A stretch of 59,990 nucleotides of DNA from Lutibacter sp. (lineage in GTDB: Bacteria; Bacteroidota; Bacteroidia; Flavobacteriales; Flavobacteriaceae), in the NCBI GenBank assembly GCA_028696945.1, contig JAQVGD010000001.1, forward strand, positions 1 through 59,990, written 5' to 3'. Under the pieces are notes generated by a model. It was not told the origin of the DNA. It did not search any database and saw only the letters and a program-made list of their open reading frames with translations. The translations under genes were made by a program, and so were the position numbers. Of the stretch, positions 39,360 to 48,641 are shown in pieces (position 1 is the first letter of the stretch; each line of letters starts with the position of its first letter).

Positions 39360-40100
39360 ATGCCAGAAGAACGATACATAAAGTTCGAGCAATATTTAAA
39401 TAATGAACTTTCCAAAGAAGAACTAAAATTTTTTGAAGAACAATTAAAATCTAACACCGATTTTAAAGAAGACTTTGAAATTTACATCGCCTTGGAATCC
39501 TCTTTGGGTGCAAAATTCAAAAATGAAGAGGAAGAAATAAAACTCAGAAAAACCTTGACCGATTTAGGTTCTCAACATATAAAACAAGACGAAAACACTA
39601 AAAAAGAAACCAAAGTAATCTCTTTATTCCGCTATAGAAACTTAATGATTGCGGCAAGCATTGCCTTATTAATTGGCTTTTTTATCTACAACAATGGAAA
39701 TCCGGTTTATAGTGATTTCGCAAAACACAACGCTCTGGAATTGGTAGTCAGAGGTGAAAATAATGAGGTAGTTTCTAAGGCTGAATCGGCTTTCAATTCA
39801 AAAAATTATAAAGAAGCATTAAAGCAACTCTCCATTTTATCCAATAATTATCCAAATGATTCTGAAATTAATTTATACCTTGGAATTTGCCAATTAGAAT
39901 TAAACAATTATGTTGAAGCCGAAATTGTTTTTAATGAAATAATTGAAGGTAATTCAGCTTTTGAAACGAAAGCCAAATGGTACAAGGCCTTGACCTTTTT
40001 AAAACAGAAAAAGTATAAAGAATCCAGAGAAATTTTAAAAACCATTCCCGAAAGCGCAGAAGAATACCAGCAAGCAAAAAAATTATTGAGGAAATTATAA
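39360..40100 (+). CDS. Single-pass membrane TPR protein, putative anti-sigma factor
   Basis: EQYLNNELS.EE...FE anti-sigma-like N-terminus, TM LMIAASIALLIGFFIY, TPRs ending AKWYKALTFLK; 4 nt after the sigma gene. Confidence 0.8.
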   Translation: MPEERYIKFEQYLNNELSKEELKFFEEQLKSNTDFKEDFEIYIALESSLGAKFKNEEEEIKLRKTLTDLGSQHIKQDENTKKETKVISLFRYRNLMIAASIALLIGFFIYNNGNPVYSDFAKHNALELVVRGENNEVVSKAESAFNSKNYKEALKQLSILSNNYPNDSEINLYLGICQLELNNYVEAEIVFNEIIEGNSAFETKAKWYKALTFLKQKKYKESREILKTIPESAEEYQQAKKLLRKL

Positions 40101-40275
40101 AGTTACACGAAGTAGGCACAAGTGTAAAAGATATTAAGCAGAGAAGTTTGCCATGAGGAAACTTGAGCAACATTTCTTTTTATTTTTTCCTTCTCTTTTA
40201 GCACAATAATGGACTTCCTTATTAATAAAAATTCACAGTAAATTCAACTATATTTGAATATTTTAAATTATATAA

Positions 40276-41151
40276 ATGGGTAATGTAGCAACAACTGTTG
40301 AGGAACAAATAAAAAGACTTTCTGAAAGAGGAATTGTTTTTAAAGATTATAATGAAATAGAAAAGGTAAAGGAAATTTTACAGGACATTGGTTATTACAG
40401 ATTAGGTTTCTATTGGTATTATTTTCAAGATCATAAAACTCATAAGTTTAATGAAAATATTAAATTATATGATATCGTAAAACTTTACTATTTCGATTTT
40501 GATTTAAAAATGCTTCTATTGAGGTACATTTACAGAATAGAAGTACATTTTAGAACACAATTAATTTACTTTGCGTCTAACCATTATTCGGATAATAGCG
40601 CTTGGTATATTGACCCTAAGATTGTTGATAGCTATATTTTTAAAGAGTTTAACACTATCTATTTTAATTTAAAAACTAAAAACAACATCTTAATTAAACA
40701 TCATAATAAATATTCTTGTGATTATGCTCCTGCTTGGAAAGTTTTTGAATTTCTAACTTTCGGTCAAATTTTCAAATTCTTTACTAATTTAAAAAATCAA
40801 GAACTAAAAAAGAAGATTGCTGGAGTATATGGTTTTAGAGATGTAAAACTTCTAGATAATTATTTTATTTCACTAATAAATATTAGAAATATCTGTTCTC
40901 ATAACGGAATACTTTTTGATTATAATCAACCTGTAGGTATTAAAAGAATCCCGAATTTAAAATATAGGCTTAAAACAAATAACAATACAAACTTAAATGC
41001 ATCTATAAGATTGTTACTATTTATATTAAGTAAAGTTTCTAAAAATAGAGCAAATGATTTGGAAAAAGAAGTGCAAACATTATTTGATAAAACAAAAGAA
41101 AACGAATTAGTGAACGGAATTATTAAATCCAAGATTAACTTTGGTATGTAA
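40276..41151 (+). CDS. Abi_2 (AbiD/AbiF) family HEPN RNase toxin
   Basis: TVEEQI..L..RG, IGYYRL, LYYFD..L, IEVHFR, PAWKVFEFLTFG, HEPN RNICSH; own TATATTTG box at 40249-40256. Confidence 0.9.
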   Translation: MGNVATTVEEQIKRLSERGIVFKDYNEIEKVKEILQDIGYYRLGFYWYYFQDHKTHKFNENIKLYDIVKLYYFDFDLKMLLLRYIYRIEVHFRTQLIYFASNHYSDNSAWYIDPKIVDSYIFKEFNTIYFNLKTKNNILIKHHNKYSCDYAPAWKVFEFLTFGQIFKFFTNLKNQELKKKIAGVYGFRDVKLLDNYFISLINIRNICSHNGILFDYNQPVGIKRIPNLKYRLKTNNNTNLNASIRLLLFILSKVSKNRANDLEKEVQTLFDKTKENELVNGIIKSKINFGM

Positions 41152-41170
41152 TTTTAAAGTTGTACATTTG
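41140..41170 (+). promoter_or_regulatory. Consensus promoter for a small RNA, overlapping the abi stop codon
   Basis: TTTG(41140-41143)-N19-TACATTTG(41163-41170). Confidence 0.8.
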
Positions 41171-41175
41171 CACTC

Positions 41176-41261
41176 AGAAAGTGCCCTATTATACATTCCG
41201 CTATAACTGAGCACTATAAAATAAGAAAATCAACCTAGACATTTATGCTCTAGGTTTTTTT
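41176..41261 (+). ncRNA. Putative AbiF-associated antitoxin RNA
   Basis: ORF-free unit between a consensus promoter and a terminator; stems agtgc/gcact and ttata/tataa around loop cattccgc. Confidence 0.65.
41232..41261 (+). terminator. Terminator of the small RNA
   Basis: aacctaga-catttatgc-tctaggtt running into a T7 tract. Confidence 0.8.
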
Positions 41262-41482
41262 ATGCTTATTCTATTGTCTTTGAGTATGTTCCCCTTAATA
41301 CCTTAAATAATTGTTAGCTTAAAGAAAATGCTTTCATTATTATTATTGTTACTTAAATTTTATTTATAAATTTACTCATTTGATACTATGCAAAATACTG
41401 CAAATAAGTCGTACTTTTCATATTCGCATCGTTGGTAATTGGCAGAAAATAGAAATCCGCTCAGAAAATTTAAAATCAAATT

Positions 41483-41971
41483 ATGTTTTTGGAATCCAAT
41501 CAAACAGCCTACTATAAAACGCCCATAGGGACCGCAAAAATTATGGGTAATAAAAACGGCATCAGTGCTGTTACCGTAATTGATGATGCCAAAGAAACTT
41601 CAACAGAAATTCCTGAAATTTTGCAGGATTGCGTGCAACAATTAACTGACTATTTTAATGGCACAAGAAAGCAATTCAATTTAAAGCTAAATCCAGAAGG
41701 AACCGATTTTCAAAAACGTGTTTGGAAGGAATTGTTAAACGTTCCGTATGGAAAAACGAGAACTTATTTAGAACAGTCAAAACAATTGGGCGATGTAAAG
41801 GCCATTAGGGCTGTAGCTTCTGCCAATGGGAAAAATCCAATTTGGATAATTATCCCTTGCCATAGAATTATTGGAAGTGATGGCTCGTTAACAGGTTATG
41901 CTGGAGGAATCTGGCGCAAAAAATGGTTGTTGGAACACGAAAATCCTTCAACTCAGAAATCGTTATTTTAA
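41483..41971 (+). CDS. ogt: Methylated-DNA-protein-cysteine methyltransferase
   Basis: GTDFQ, PYGKT.TY, RAVA.ANG.NP, IPCHRII. Confidence 0.95.
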   Translation: MFLESNQTAYYKTPIGTAKIMGNKNGISAVTVIDDAKETSTEIPEILQDCVQQLTDYFNGTRKQFNLKLNPEGTDFQKRVWKELLNVPYGKTRTYLEQSKQLGDVKAIRAVASANGKNPIWIIIPCHRIIGSDGSLTGYAGGIWRKKWLLEHENPSTQKSLF

Positions 41972-42033
41972 ATAAAAAAATACTTCTATGTAATTTTTGA
42001 TGCTATATTTGTTCATGAATTTAAAATTATACT

Positions 42034-42603
42034 ATGAAAAAAATTACCCTATCAGCGTTGATATTTATTATTAGTTTCTCTCTTTTTGCACAAGAAAATG
42101 AATCAAAACAAAATGAATCAAAACAAAATGAATTGAAAATCAACATGTCCAATTTAATTATCTTCAAATGGTTAGATATTGCCTATGAACGCATTATTAA
42201 TGAAGAATCTTCGTTTGGCGTTGGAACACTTGTGAGTTTAGACAATGAAATTGATGGTTTGGATGAATATAGAACTTTCTCAATCACACCATATTACAGG
42301 CATTTTTTTTCAAATAAATATGCCCAAGGTTTTTTTGTGGAAGCTTTTACGATGCTTCACTCTGGAAAAGATTATGTTTATAATTATTATTATGAAGATT
42401 TTCCTCCATACAATACCATTGAAAATACTACAGAAGAAAAATACACAGATTTGGCTGTAGGAATCTCCGTAGGCGGAAAATGGGTTACTAAAAGAGGATT
42501 TATTGCTGAAATTTATGCTGGAATTGGGCGGGATTTGCTAAATCAAAGTGATATTGAAGTTGTGGGACGCGGAGGCGTTTCCATAGGTTATCGGTTTCAA
42601 TAA
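42034..42603 (+). CDS. DUF3575-like outer-membrane beta-barrel protein
   Basis: Signal peptide, NELKIN, TPYYRHFF, GFFVE, C-terminal SIGYRF. Confidence 0.75.
   Translation: MKKITLSALIFIISFSLFAQENESKQNESKQNELKINMSNLIIFKWLDIAYERIINEESSFGVGTLVSLDNEIDGLDEYRTFSITPYYRHFFSNKYAQGFFVEAFTMLHSGKDYVYNYYYEDFPPYNTIENTTEEKYTDLAVGISVGGKWVTKRGFIAEIYAGIGRDLLNQSDIEVVGRGGVSIGYRFQ
42095..42133 (+). repeat. In-frame 15-bp tandem repeat
   Basis: aaaatgaatcaaaac x2 plus aaaatgaat (NESKQ NESKQ NE). Confidence 0.9.
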
Positions 42604-42620
42604 TCTTCATTATAGAAAAT

Positions 42621-42659
42621 AAAAAAACTCCACATTCGAAATTGACTGTGGAGTTTTTT
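42621..42659. terminator. Bidirectional terminator
   Basis: aaaaaaactccaca...tgtggagtttttt. Confidence 0.8.
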
Positions 42660-42679
42660 GTGTTTATAATTTTTTCAGC

Positions 42680-44221
42680 TTACATTTTCATCAACCATTT
42701 TTTAACATCAACTTCTTCTTTAATGATGTTGCGAAGTTCCGAGATTTTTACACGATTTTGTGCCATCGTATCTCTGTAACGAATGGTTACGGTATCATCT
42801 GTCAAGGTTTCATGGTCAACGGTAATACAAAATGGCGTTCCAACGGCATCTTGCCTTCTGTATCTTCTTCCTACCGCATCTTTTTCATCATAATCCACGT
42901 TAAAATCCCATTTTAAATCCTCCATAATTTTACGTGCAATTTCTGGCAAACCATCTTTTTTAACCAACGGCAAAATAGCTACTTTTGTAGGCGCTAAAAC
43001 TGCTGGCAGTCTTAAAACAGTTCTCGTGGTACCGTTTTCCAATTCTTCTTCTTGCAAAGAATTGGAGAAAACAGCCAAAAACATTCTGTCTAAACCAATA
43101 GAAGTTTCCACCACATAAGGAATGTAATGTTCATTTAGTTCAGGATCAAAATACTGTAATTTCTTACCAGAAAATTTTTCGTGGCTGGCTAAATCAAAAT
43201 CTGTACGGGAATGAATTCCTTCCAATTCCTTAAATCCGAAAGGAAATTTAAACTCTATATCTGCTGCGGCATCAGCATAATGCGCTAATTTGTCGTGGTC
43301 GTGAAAACGGTAATTTTCTTTGCCCAATCCCAAAGACAAATGCCATTTTAAACGGGCTTGTTTCCACTCTTCATACCATTCTTTTTGAGTTCCGGGACGC
43401 ACAAAAAATTGCATTTCCATTTGTTCAAATTCTCGCATGCGGAAAATAAACTGACGTGCCACTATTTCATTTCTGAAGGCTTTTCCTGTTTGGGCAATTC
43501 CGAAAGGAATTTTCATTCTGCCCGATTTTTGTACATTTGAAAAATTCACAAAAATTCCCTGGGCGGTTTCCGGACGTAAATATAAATCCATTGAAGCATC
43601 TGCAGAAGCACCTATTTTTGTGCCAAACATTAAGTTGAACTGTTTCACTTCTGTCCAATTTTTTGAACCAGACAACGGACAAACAATTTCCAATTCTTCA
43701 ATAAGGGCTTTTACATCGGCCAAATTTTCTTCAGCCAAAGATTTTCCCATGCGTTTTAAAATGGATTCGCCTTTCTCCTTATAGCCTAAAACTCTTGGAT
43801 TGGTTGTCAAAAATTGGTCTTTATCAAAAGAATCTCCAAAACGCTTTGCTGCTTTTTCAACCTCTTTTTCTATTTTATCATCCAATTTGGCCACATAATC
43901 TTCAATTAAAACGTCGGCTCTATATCTTTTTTTGGAATCTTTATTGTCGATTAAAGGATCGTTAAAGGCATCAACATGACCAGAAGCTTTCCATGTGGTT
44001 GGGTGCATAAAAATTGCGGCATCTAAACCAACAATGTTTTCATGCATTTGCACCATCGCTTTCCACCAATATTCCCTAATATTTTTCTTTAATTCTACGC
44101 CGTTTTGAGCATAATCATAAACTGCGCTCAAACCATCATAAATTTCACTCGATTGAAATACAAAACCGTATTCCTTTGCGTGTGAAACCACTTTTTTAAA
44201 TTGATCATCTTGATTTGCCAT
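42680..44221 (-). CDS. glyQS: Glycine--tRNA ligase (alpha2 type)
   Basis: WKASGHVDAF, YLRPETAQG, FRNEI, REFEQME, VVETSIGLDR, GRRYRRQD. Confidence 0.96.
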   Translation of the reverse strand: MANQDDQFKKVVSHAKEYGFVFQSSEIYDGLSAVYDYAQNGVELKKNIREYWWKAMVQMHENIVGLDAAIFMHPTTWKASGHVDAFNDPLIDNKDSKKRYRADVLIEDYVAKLDDKIEKEVEKAAKRFGDSFDKDQFLTTNPRVLGYKEKGESILKRMGKSLAEENLADVKALIEELEIVCPLSGSKNWTEVKQFNLMFGTKIGASADASMDLYLRPETAQGIFVNFSNVQKSGRMKIPFGIAQTGKAFRNEIVARQFIFRMREFEQMEMQFFVRPGTQKEWYEEWKQARLKWHLSLGLGKENYRFHDHDKLAHYADAAADIEFKFPFGFKELEGIHSRTDFDLASHEKFSGKKLQYFDPELNEHYIPYVVETSIGLDRMFLAVFSNSLQEEELENGTTRTVLRLPAVLAPTKVAILPLVKKDGLPEIARKIMEDLKWDFNVDYDEKDAVGRRYRRQDAVGTPFCITVDHETLTDDTVTIRYRDTMAQNRVKISELRNIIKEEVDVKKWLMKM

Positions 44222-44263
44222 GCTGCAAAAATAGTAAAGCTTTTAACACTAAAAAATAAAAAA

Positions 44264-44289
44264 GTGGAAATAGCCTAAACTATTTCCAC
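44264..44289 (-). terminator. Terminator
   Basis: gtggaaatag-cctaaa-ctatttccac with a T-tract on the minus strand. Confidence 0.7.
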
Positions 44290-44329
44290 CCAAAAATTAT
44301 TAAATAATATTTAATTTGGAGTTATTTTT

Positions 44330-45214
44330 TTACTTCAGTGCAATTTTAGTTGCTCCAACAAATTTATTGTCGATATAAATATTCACGGTATAAACTCCCT
44401 TTTTCATAATATCTCTATTTACTTCAACCAAAGAAATTAAGTCTATGGCTTCATTTAAATAATTTACCATTGAAAGATCACTATAACTTACCTGAGTGTT
44501 GTCATAAAGCCTAAACTCTCCTTTTGGTGCCACAATTGTACCGTTAGAATCCAAAATTTGGATATAAACCTGATGATCTCCTTGTTCGGCGATTTCATTT
44601 TTAGCAATGGTAAGGTTTATTCTAAGAGCGTCTGTATTGCTTGATCTTGAAGTTTCTACCAATTTCCAATTATTCCGTTCTTTCATCGCAATAACTTTTG
44701 CAGTGCTCACTTTCAATTCAGATCCAATGGCAACTTTTTCGGCCAATGTTAAATTTTGTATTGTCAAGGTGTCGTTTTTGGCAATTTGCTTTGTAATTAC
44801 AACATTTGCACTATCTAAATTGCTTGTCAATAATTGATTTTGATTGGTTAAAGACTCATTCAACAAAAATAATTTTTTGTTTGATGCCTCTAATTTAGAA
44901 ATTTCGCCTTTATAACGACGAAGCATGCTGTAATTTGCAGCCGATAAATTTTTTACAGAATCTCTTAGGGCAATGATTCTATCTCTTTCAATAATCAATT
45001 CATTAGACATTGATGTTTTCTGGGCAATAGCATCTTCATATTTAACAATCATGCTGTCTAAATTTTGTTCTATTTCAAGTTTTTCGCCTTCAATAGCATT
45101 GGTTAACTTTTTATGTTCTGTGCTGGTATAAAAAGTATAAGCCAAAGCGCCCAATAACAAAACGGCTAACACTATGATTATCAGTTTGTTATTTGATTTT
45201 TTATTTTCTTCCAT
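44330..45214 (-). CDS. Membrane-anchored coiled-coil protein with C-terminal beta domain
   Basis: N-terminal TM helix, long heptad region, KGVYTVNIY. Confidence 0.75.
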   Translation of the reverse strand: MEENKKSNNKLIIIVLAVLLLGALAYTFYTSTEHKKLTNAIEGEKLEIEQNLDSMIVKYEDAIAQKTSMSNELIIERDRIIALRDSVKNLSAANYSMLRRYKGEISKLEASNKKLFLLNESLTNQNQLLTSNLDSANVVITKQIAKNDTLTIQNLTLAEKVAIGSELKVSTAKVIAMKERNNWKLVETSRSSNTDALRINLTIAKNEIAEQGDHQVYIQILDSNGTIVAPKGEFRLYDNTQVSYSDLSMVNYLNEAIDLISLVEVNRDIMKKGVYTVNIYIDNKFVGATKIALK

Positions 45215-45402
45215 TTTTTTAATGTTTAATTATTCTTATGAAACGCAAAATTATAAAATAAATTATACTTAAATCTCTTTTTTTGAATGCATTAATAACC
45301 CATAAGTTATAAAATACTTAGAAAACAGTTAATTTATTATACTTTTGAACATCGTTTAAAATTATTTAAATTAAATAATGTACTTTTAAAAAAAGAACTG
45401 CT

Positions 45403-46089
45403 ATGAAAATTTTAAAAGACATTTTTTCTATTTTTTTTCCTGAAATATGTTTATGCTGCAATGATTATTTGGCAACCAACGAATCAATTATTTGTTTAAA
45501 CTGCCGGCACGATTTGCCGCTGACCAATTTCAGTTTCGAAGAAAACAATTTAATCGAAAAATCCTTTTATGGAAGAATTCCTCTTGAAAGTGCAACTTCC
45601 TTATTTTACTTCTTTAAAAAAGGAAATGTACAGCGATTAATACATGAACTTAAATATAAAAAACAACAACAAGTTGGAACTTTAATTGGAAATTGGCTTG
45701 GCGATCAACTTATTGAAAGTGGACGATTTTCAACTATAGATTGTATAATACCCGTACCCCTTCATAAAAAAAAACTAAAAAAACGCGGTTACAATCAAGT
45801 GACTACTTTTGGCGAAAGTCTGGCAAAAAAACTGGATGTTCCTTATTATCCAACTGTTTTGGTCAGGGTGTCTTCAACAAAAACACAAACAAAAAAATTA
45901 CGTTTAGACCGATGGAAGAATGTACACGAATTATTTAGGGTGCAAAATAATTTTACCCTTGAAAACAAACACGTTTTATTAATTGACGATGTGATTACAA
46001 CAGGTGCCACACTTGAAGCTTGTTATGAGGCACTTAATAAAATAAAAAATCTAAAAATAAGCATTGCCTGCATGGCTTACACAAAATAA
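45403..46089 (+). CDS. comF: ComF family phosphoribosyltransferase-like protein
   Basis: FFPEICLCC, IPVPLH, RGYNQ, LLIDDVITTGATL. Confidence 0.9.
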   Translation: MKILKDIFSIFFPEICLCCNDYLATNESIICLNCRHDLPLTNFSFEENNLIEKSFYGRIPLESATSLFYFFKKGNVQRLIHELKYKKQQQVGTLIGNWLGDQLIESGRFSTIDCIIPVPLHKKKLKKRGYNQVTTFGESLAKKLDVPYYPTVLVRVSSTKTQTKKLRLDRWKNVHELFRVQNNFTLENKHVLLIDDVITTGATLEACYEALNKIKNLKISIACMAYTK

Positions 46090-46172
46090 TATAGCTAATA
46101 TTAAACGACTGTTTATTTTAATGCGTTATTTTAATAAAATAATTGTTATTTTGTATTTTTAATAAAATAGGT

Positions 46173-47774
46173 ATGAGGAATTCTCTAATTAAGGTTTTAT
46201 TACTATTAATGATAGTAAGCGTATTTTTTGATTGCGCCAGAAGAGGCACCCCAACAGGTGGTCCAAAAGACAGCATTCCACCAGTTTTAATCAAAGCAAT
46301 TCCTGCGATTGAATCTGTTAATTTTAAGGGAGACAAAATAAAAATATATTTTGATGAATATATTAAAATTAAAGATGTCAATAAGAATTTGGTAATTTCT
46401 CCACCCCAAAAAATAGATCCAATTATTACCCCAATTGGTACGGCCAGTAAATTCATCAGCATAAAAATCCTCGACACTTTAGATGCAAATACCACCTACT
46501 CTTTTAATTTTGGAAACAGTATTGTTGACAATAATGAAGAAAATAAATTGGGAAACTTTAAATATGTTTTTTCAACTGGAACTTATATCGACTCTCTAAA
46601 TGTAAAAGGTAAAGTTACCGACCCAACGGTAAAAAAAATGGTCAAAGGCATTGATGTGATGCTTTATGAATACAACGATTCCTTTACCGATTCCATTATT
46701 TACAAACAGAAACCAAGATATATTGCCAATACACTTGACAGCACCTTGTATGAAATAACCAATTTACGAGCTGGAAAATATTTGCTTATTGCGCTAAAAG
46801 ATGCCAATAGTAACAAAATTTACAATCCGAAAATTGATAAAATCGGATTTGTAAAAGACACGCTTGTATTGCCAACCGACAAAGAATATAATTTTACCAT
46901 TTTTAAAGAAGTTCCTGAATTAAAGGTGTTTAGACCGAAAGAAGTGAACAAAGGGCATCTTATTTTTGGATTTGAAGGCGATGCTTCAGCTATAAATATT
47001 GAAATGTTATCTAAAAAACCTGCCGATTTTAAATCTCAAATCGTTTTTGAAAAAGAAAAAGACACCGTAAATTACTGGTACACGCCTTTTGAAGCAGACT
47101 CTTTAAATTTTCTAGTTTCAAAAAATAACTATTCAGAAAGTTTTACTATTAAAACCCGAAGTTCAAAAATTGATTCTTTGAAAATTACGCAGAAAGCGAC
47201 AGGAATTTTACATTTAATAGACACCTTTGCCATTGCAACAAATACGCCCATTGTCGATTTTAACAGATCAATGATTAAAATAACAACCAAAGACTCTACT
47301 GTAATTGATTTTAAAGAAACACTTTCAAAATCTAAAACTAAATTATACCTGAATTTTGAAAAAAAATACAATACAGATTATAATTTTGTGTTATTACCTA
47401 AAACAATTACAGATATTTTTGGCATGTCAAATGATTCATTGTCATTTAAATTAAAAACCAAATCGCCTGAAGATTATGGCACCATTAACATTGATTTAAT
47501 CAGCGCAAAAAACACCTCGTTTATTATAGAGTTGTTAAATGAGAAAGACGTTTTAATAAGGTCAGTGAGAATAAACAAGCCCCAAAAAGTGAGTTTTGAT
47601 TTACTATCTCCAGGGAATTATAGGATAAAGGCTATCATAGATGAAAATAATAATGGCATTTGGGATACGGGAAGTTTTTTAAATAAACGGCAACCAGAAG
47701 TTGTAAAATATTTCGACAAAAAAATTGAATTAAGAGCTAACTGGGATATCAATGAGTCATTTAAGTTAGATTAA
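46173..47774 (+). CDS. Ig-like domain lipoprotein
   Basis: Likely start ATG 46173; CARRGTPTGGPKD, FDEYI, IVDNNE.N, DENNNGIWDTG. Confidence 0.8.
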   Translation: MRNSLIKVLLLLMIVSVFFDCARRGTPTGGPKDSIPPVLIKAIPAIESVNFKGDKIKIYFDEYIKIKDVNKNLVISPPQKIDPIITPIGTASKFISIKILDTLDANTTYSFNFGNSIVDNNEENKLGNFKYVFSTGTYIDSLNVKGKVTDPTVKKMVKGIDVMLYEYNDSFTDSIIYKQKPRYIANTLDSTLYEITNLRAGKYLLIALKDANSNKIYNPKIDKIGFVKDTLVLPTDKEYNFTIFKEVPELKVFRPKEVNKGHLIFGFEGDASAINIEMLSKKPADFKSQIVFEKEKDTVNYWYTPFEADSLNFLVSKNNYSESFTIKTRSSKIDSLKITQKATGILHLIDTFAIATNTPIVDFNRSMIKITTKDSTVIDFKETLSKSKTKLYLNFEKKYNTDYNFVLLPKTITDIFGMSNDSLSFKLKTKSPEDYGTINIDLISAKNTSFIIELLNEKDVLIRSVRINKPQKVSFDLLSPGNYRIKAIIDENNNGIWDTGSFLNKRQPEVVKYFDKKIELRANWDINESFKLD

Positions 47775-47831
47775 ATTTATTTACTCTTGCGTTTACTGAA
47801 GTTTTTATTACATTTGAAATAACTAAATTTT

Positions 47832-48641
47832 ATGTTTTTGAATAAAATTATAAAAATAACAGCCACAATACTTTTTTTGATTCTCTCTTTAAACTTAAAT
47901 GCTCAAAGTGAAAAGAGCCATGAAATTGGTTTTATTGTTGGTTCGGCATCATTTACGACAGACTACGGACAAAGAAATAACTTCAAGGCAAATGTTGGTG
48001 GAAATGTAGGCATGGGTATTGGCGTTATTTACTATTTAAATTTTACAGATTATCGTTATCGATGGAACCAACGCACCAGTTATTTTGCAGAACATTTTAG
48101 AGTTCGCGCAGAAGCATCTTATATGTCTGCCGAGTTAAAGCATTATGGTGAATATGCTGAAAAGCAAAGTGTCGGAGGTGAGCAGTTACGAGCGCATACT
48201 GGGAAAACATATTTGCTGAATTTAGGTGCCCAAATGGAGTTTCATTTGGTTGATATCGTTGATTTTGGCTCTCGAAGAATTCCCGATTTAAAATGGTCAC
48301 CGTACGTAAGTGCTGGTGCGTTTGTCGATTATTATGATCCTTCAATTAAATCAACTTACGAAACAGGTAATTGGGAAGATCCTGGAGTATTATTCCCAAA
48401 ATGGGACAATAACTTAAATCCTGGAGCCTCTAAAGATGAAGCGGGTATCACTATGTCGGCAACTTTTGGCGTTGGAACGCGTTATAAATTGGGAGAATAT
48501 TCAGATTTACTGATAGAATCCCGCTGGCAATATTTTCTTTCTAATTATGTGGATGGCTTAAACGCCAAAAATGACCCAGCCAATAAATTTAATGATTGGC
48601 TATTATGGGTTCATGTTGGTTATGTTTATTACCTAAATTAA
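47832..48641 (+). CDS. Outer-membrane beta-barrel protein (THC0290_0291-like)
   Basis: Signal peptide, HEIG, TDYGQR, VDGL, C-terminal VGYVYYLN. Confidence 0.7.
   Translation: MFLNKIIKITATILFLILSLNLNAQSEKSHEIGFIVGSASFTTDYGQRNNFKANVGGNVGMGIGVIYYLNFTDYRYRWNQRTSYFAEHFRVRAEASYMSAELKHYGEYAEKQSVGGEQLRAHTGKTYLLNLGAQMEFHLVDIVDFGSRRIPDLKWSPYVSAGAFVDYYDPSIKSTYETGNWEDPGVLFPKWDNNLNPGASKDEAGITMSATFGVGTRYKLGEYSDLLIESRWQYFLSNYVDGLNAKNDPANKFNDWLLWVHVGYVYYLN

Noticed and set aside
40101-40200. Possible insertion scar upstream of the Abi gene, with cgttggtaat near 41430 as the other end
   Set aside because: No target-site duplication or convincing inverted repeat could be defined by eye
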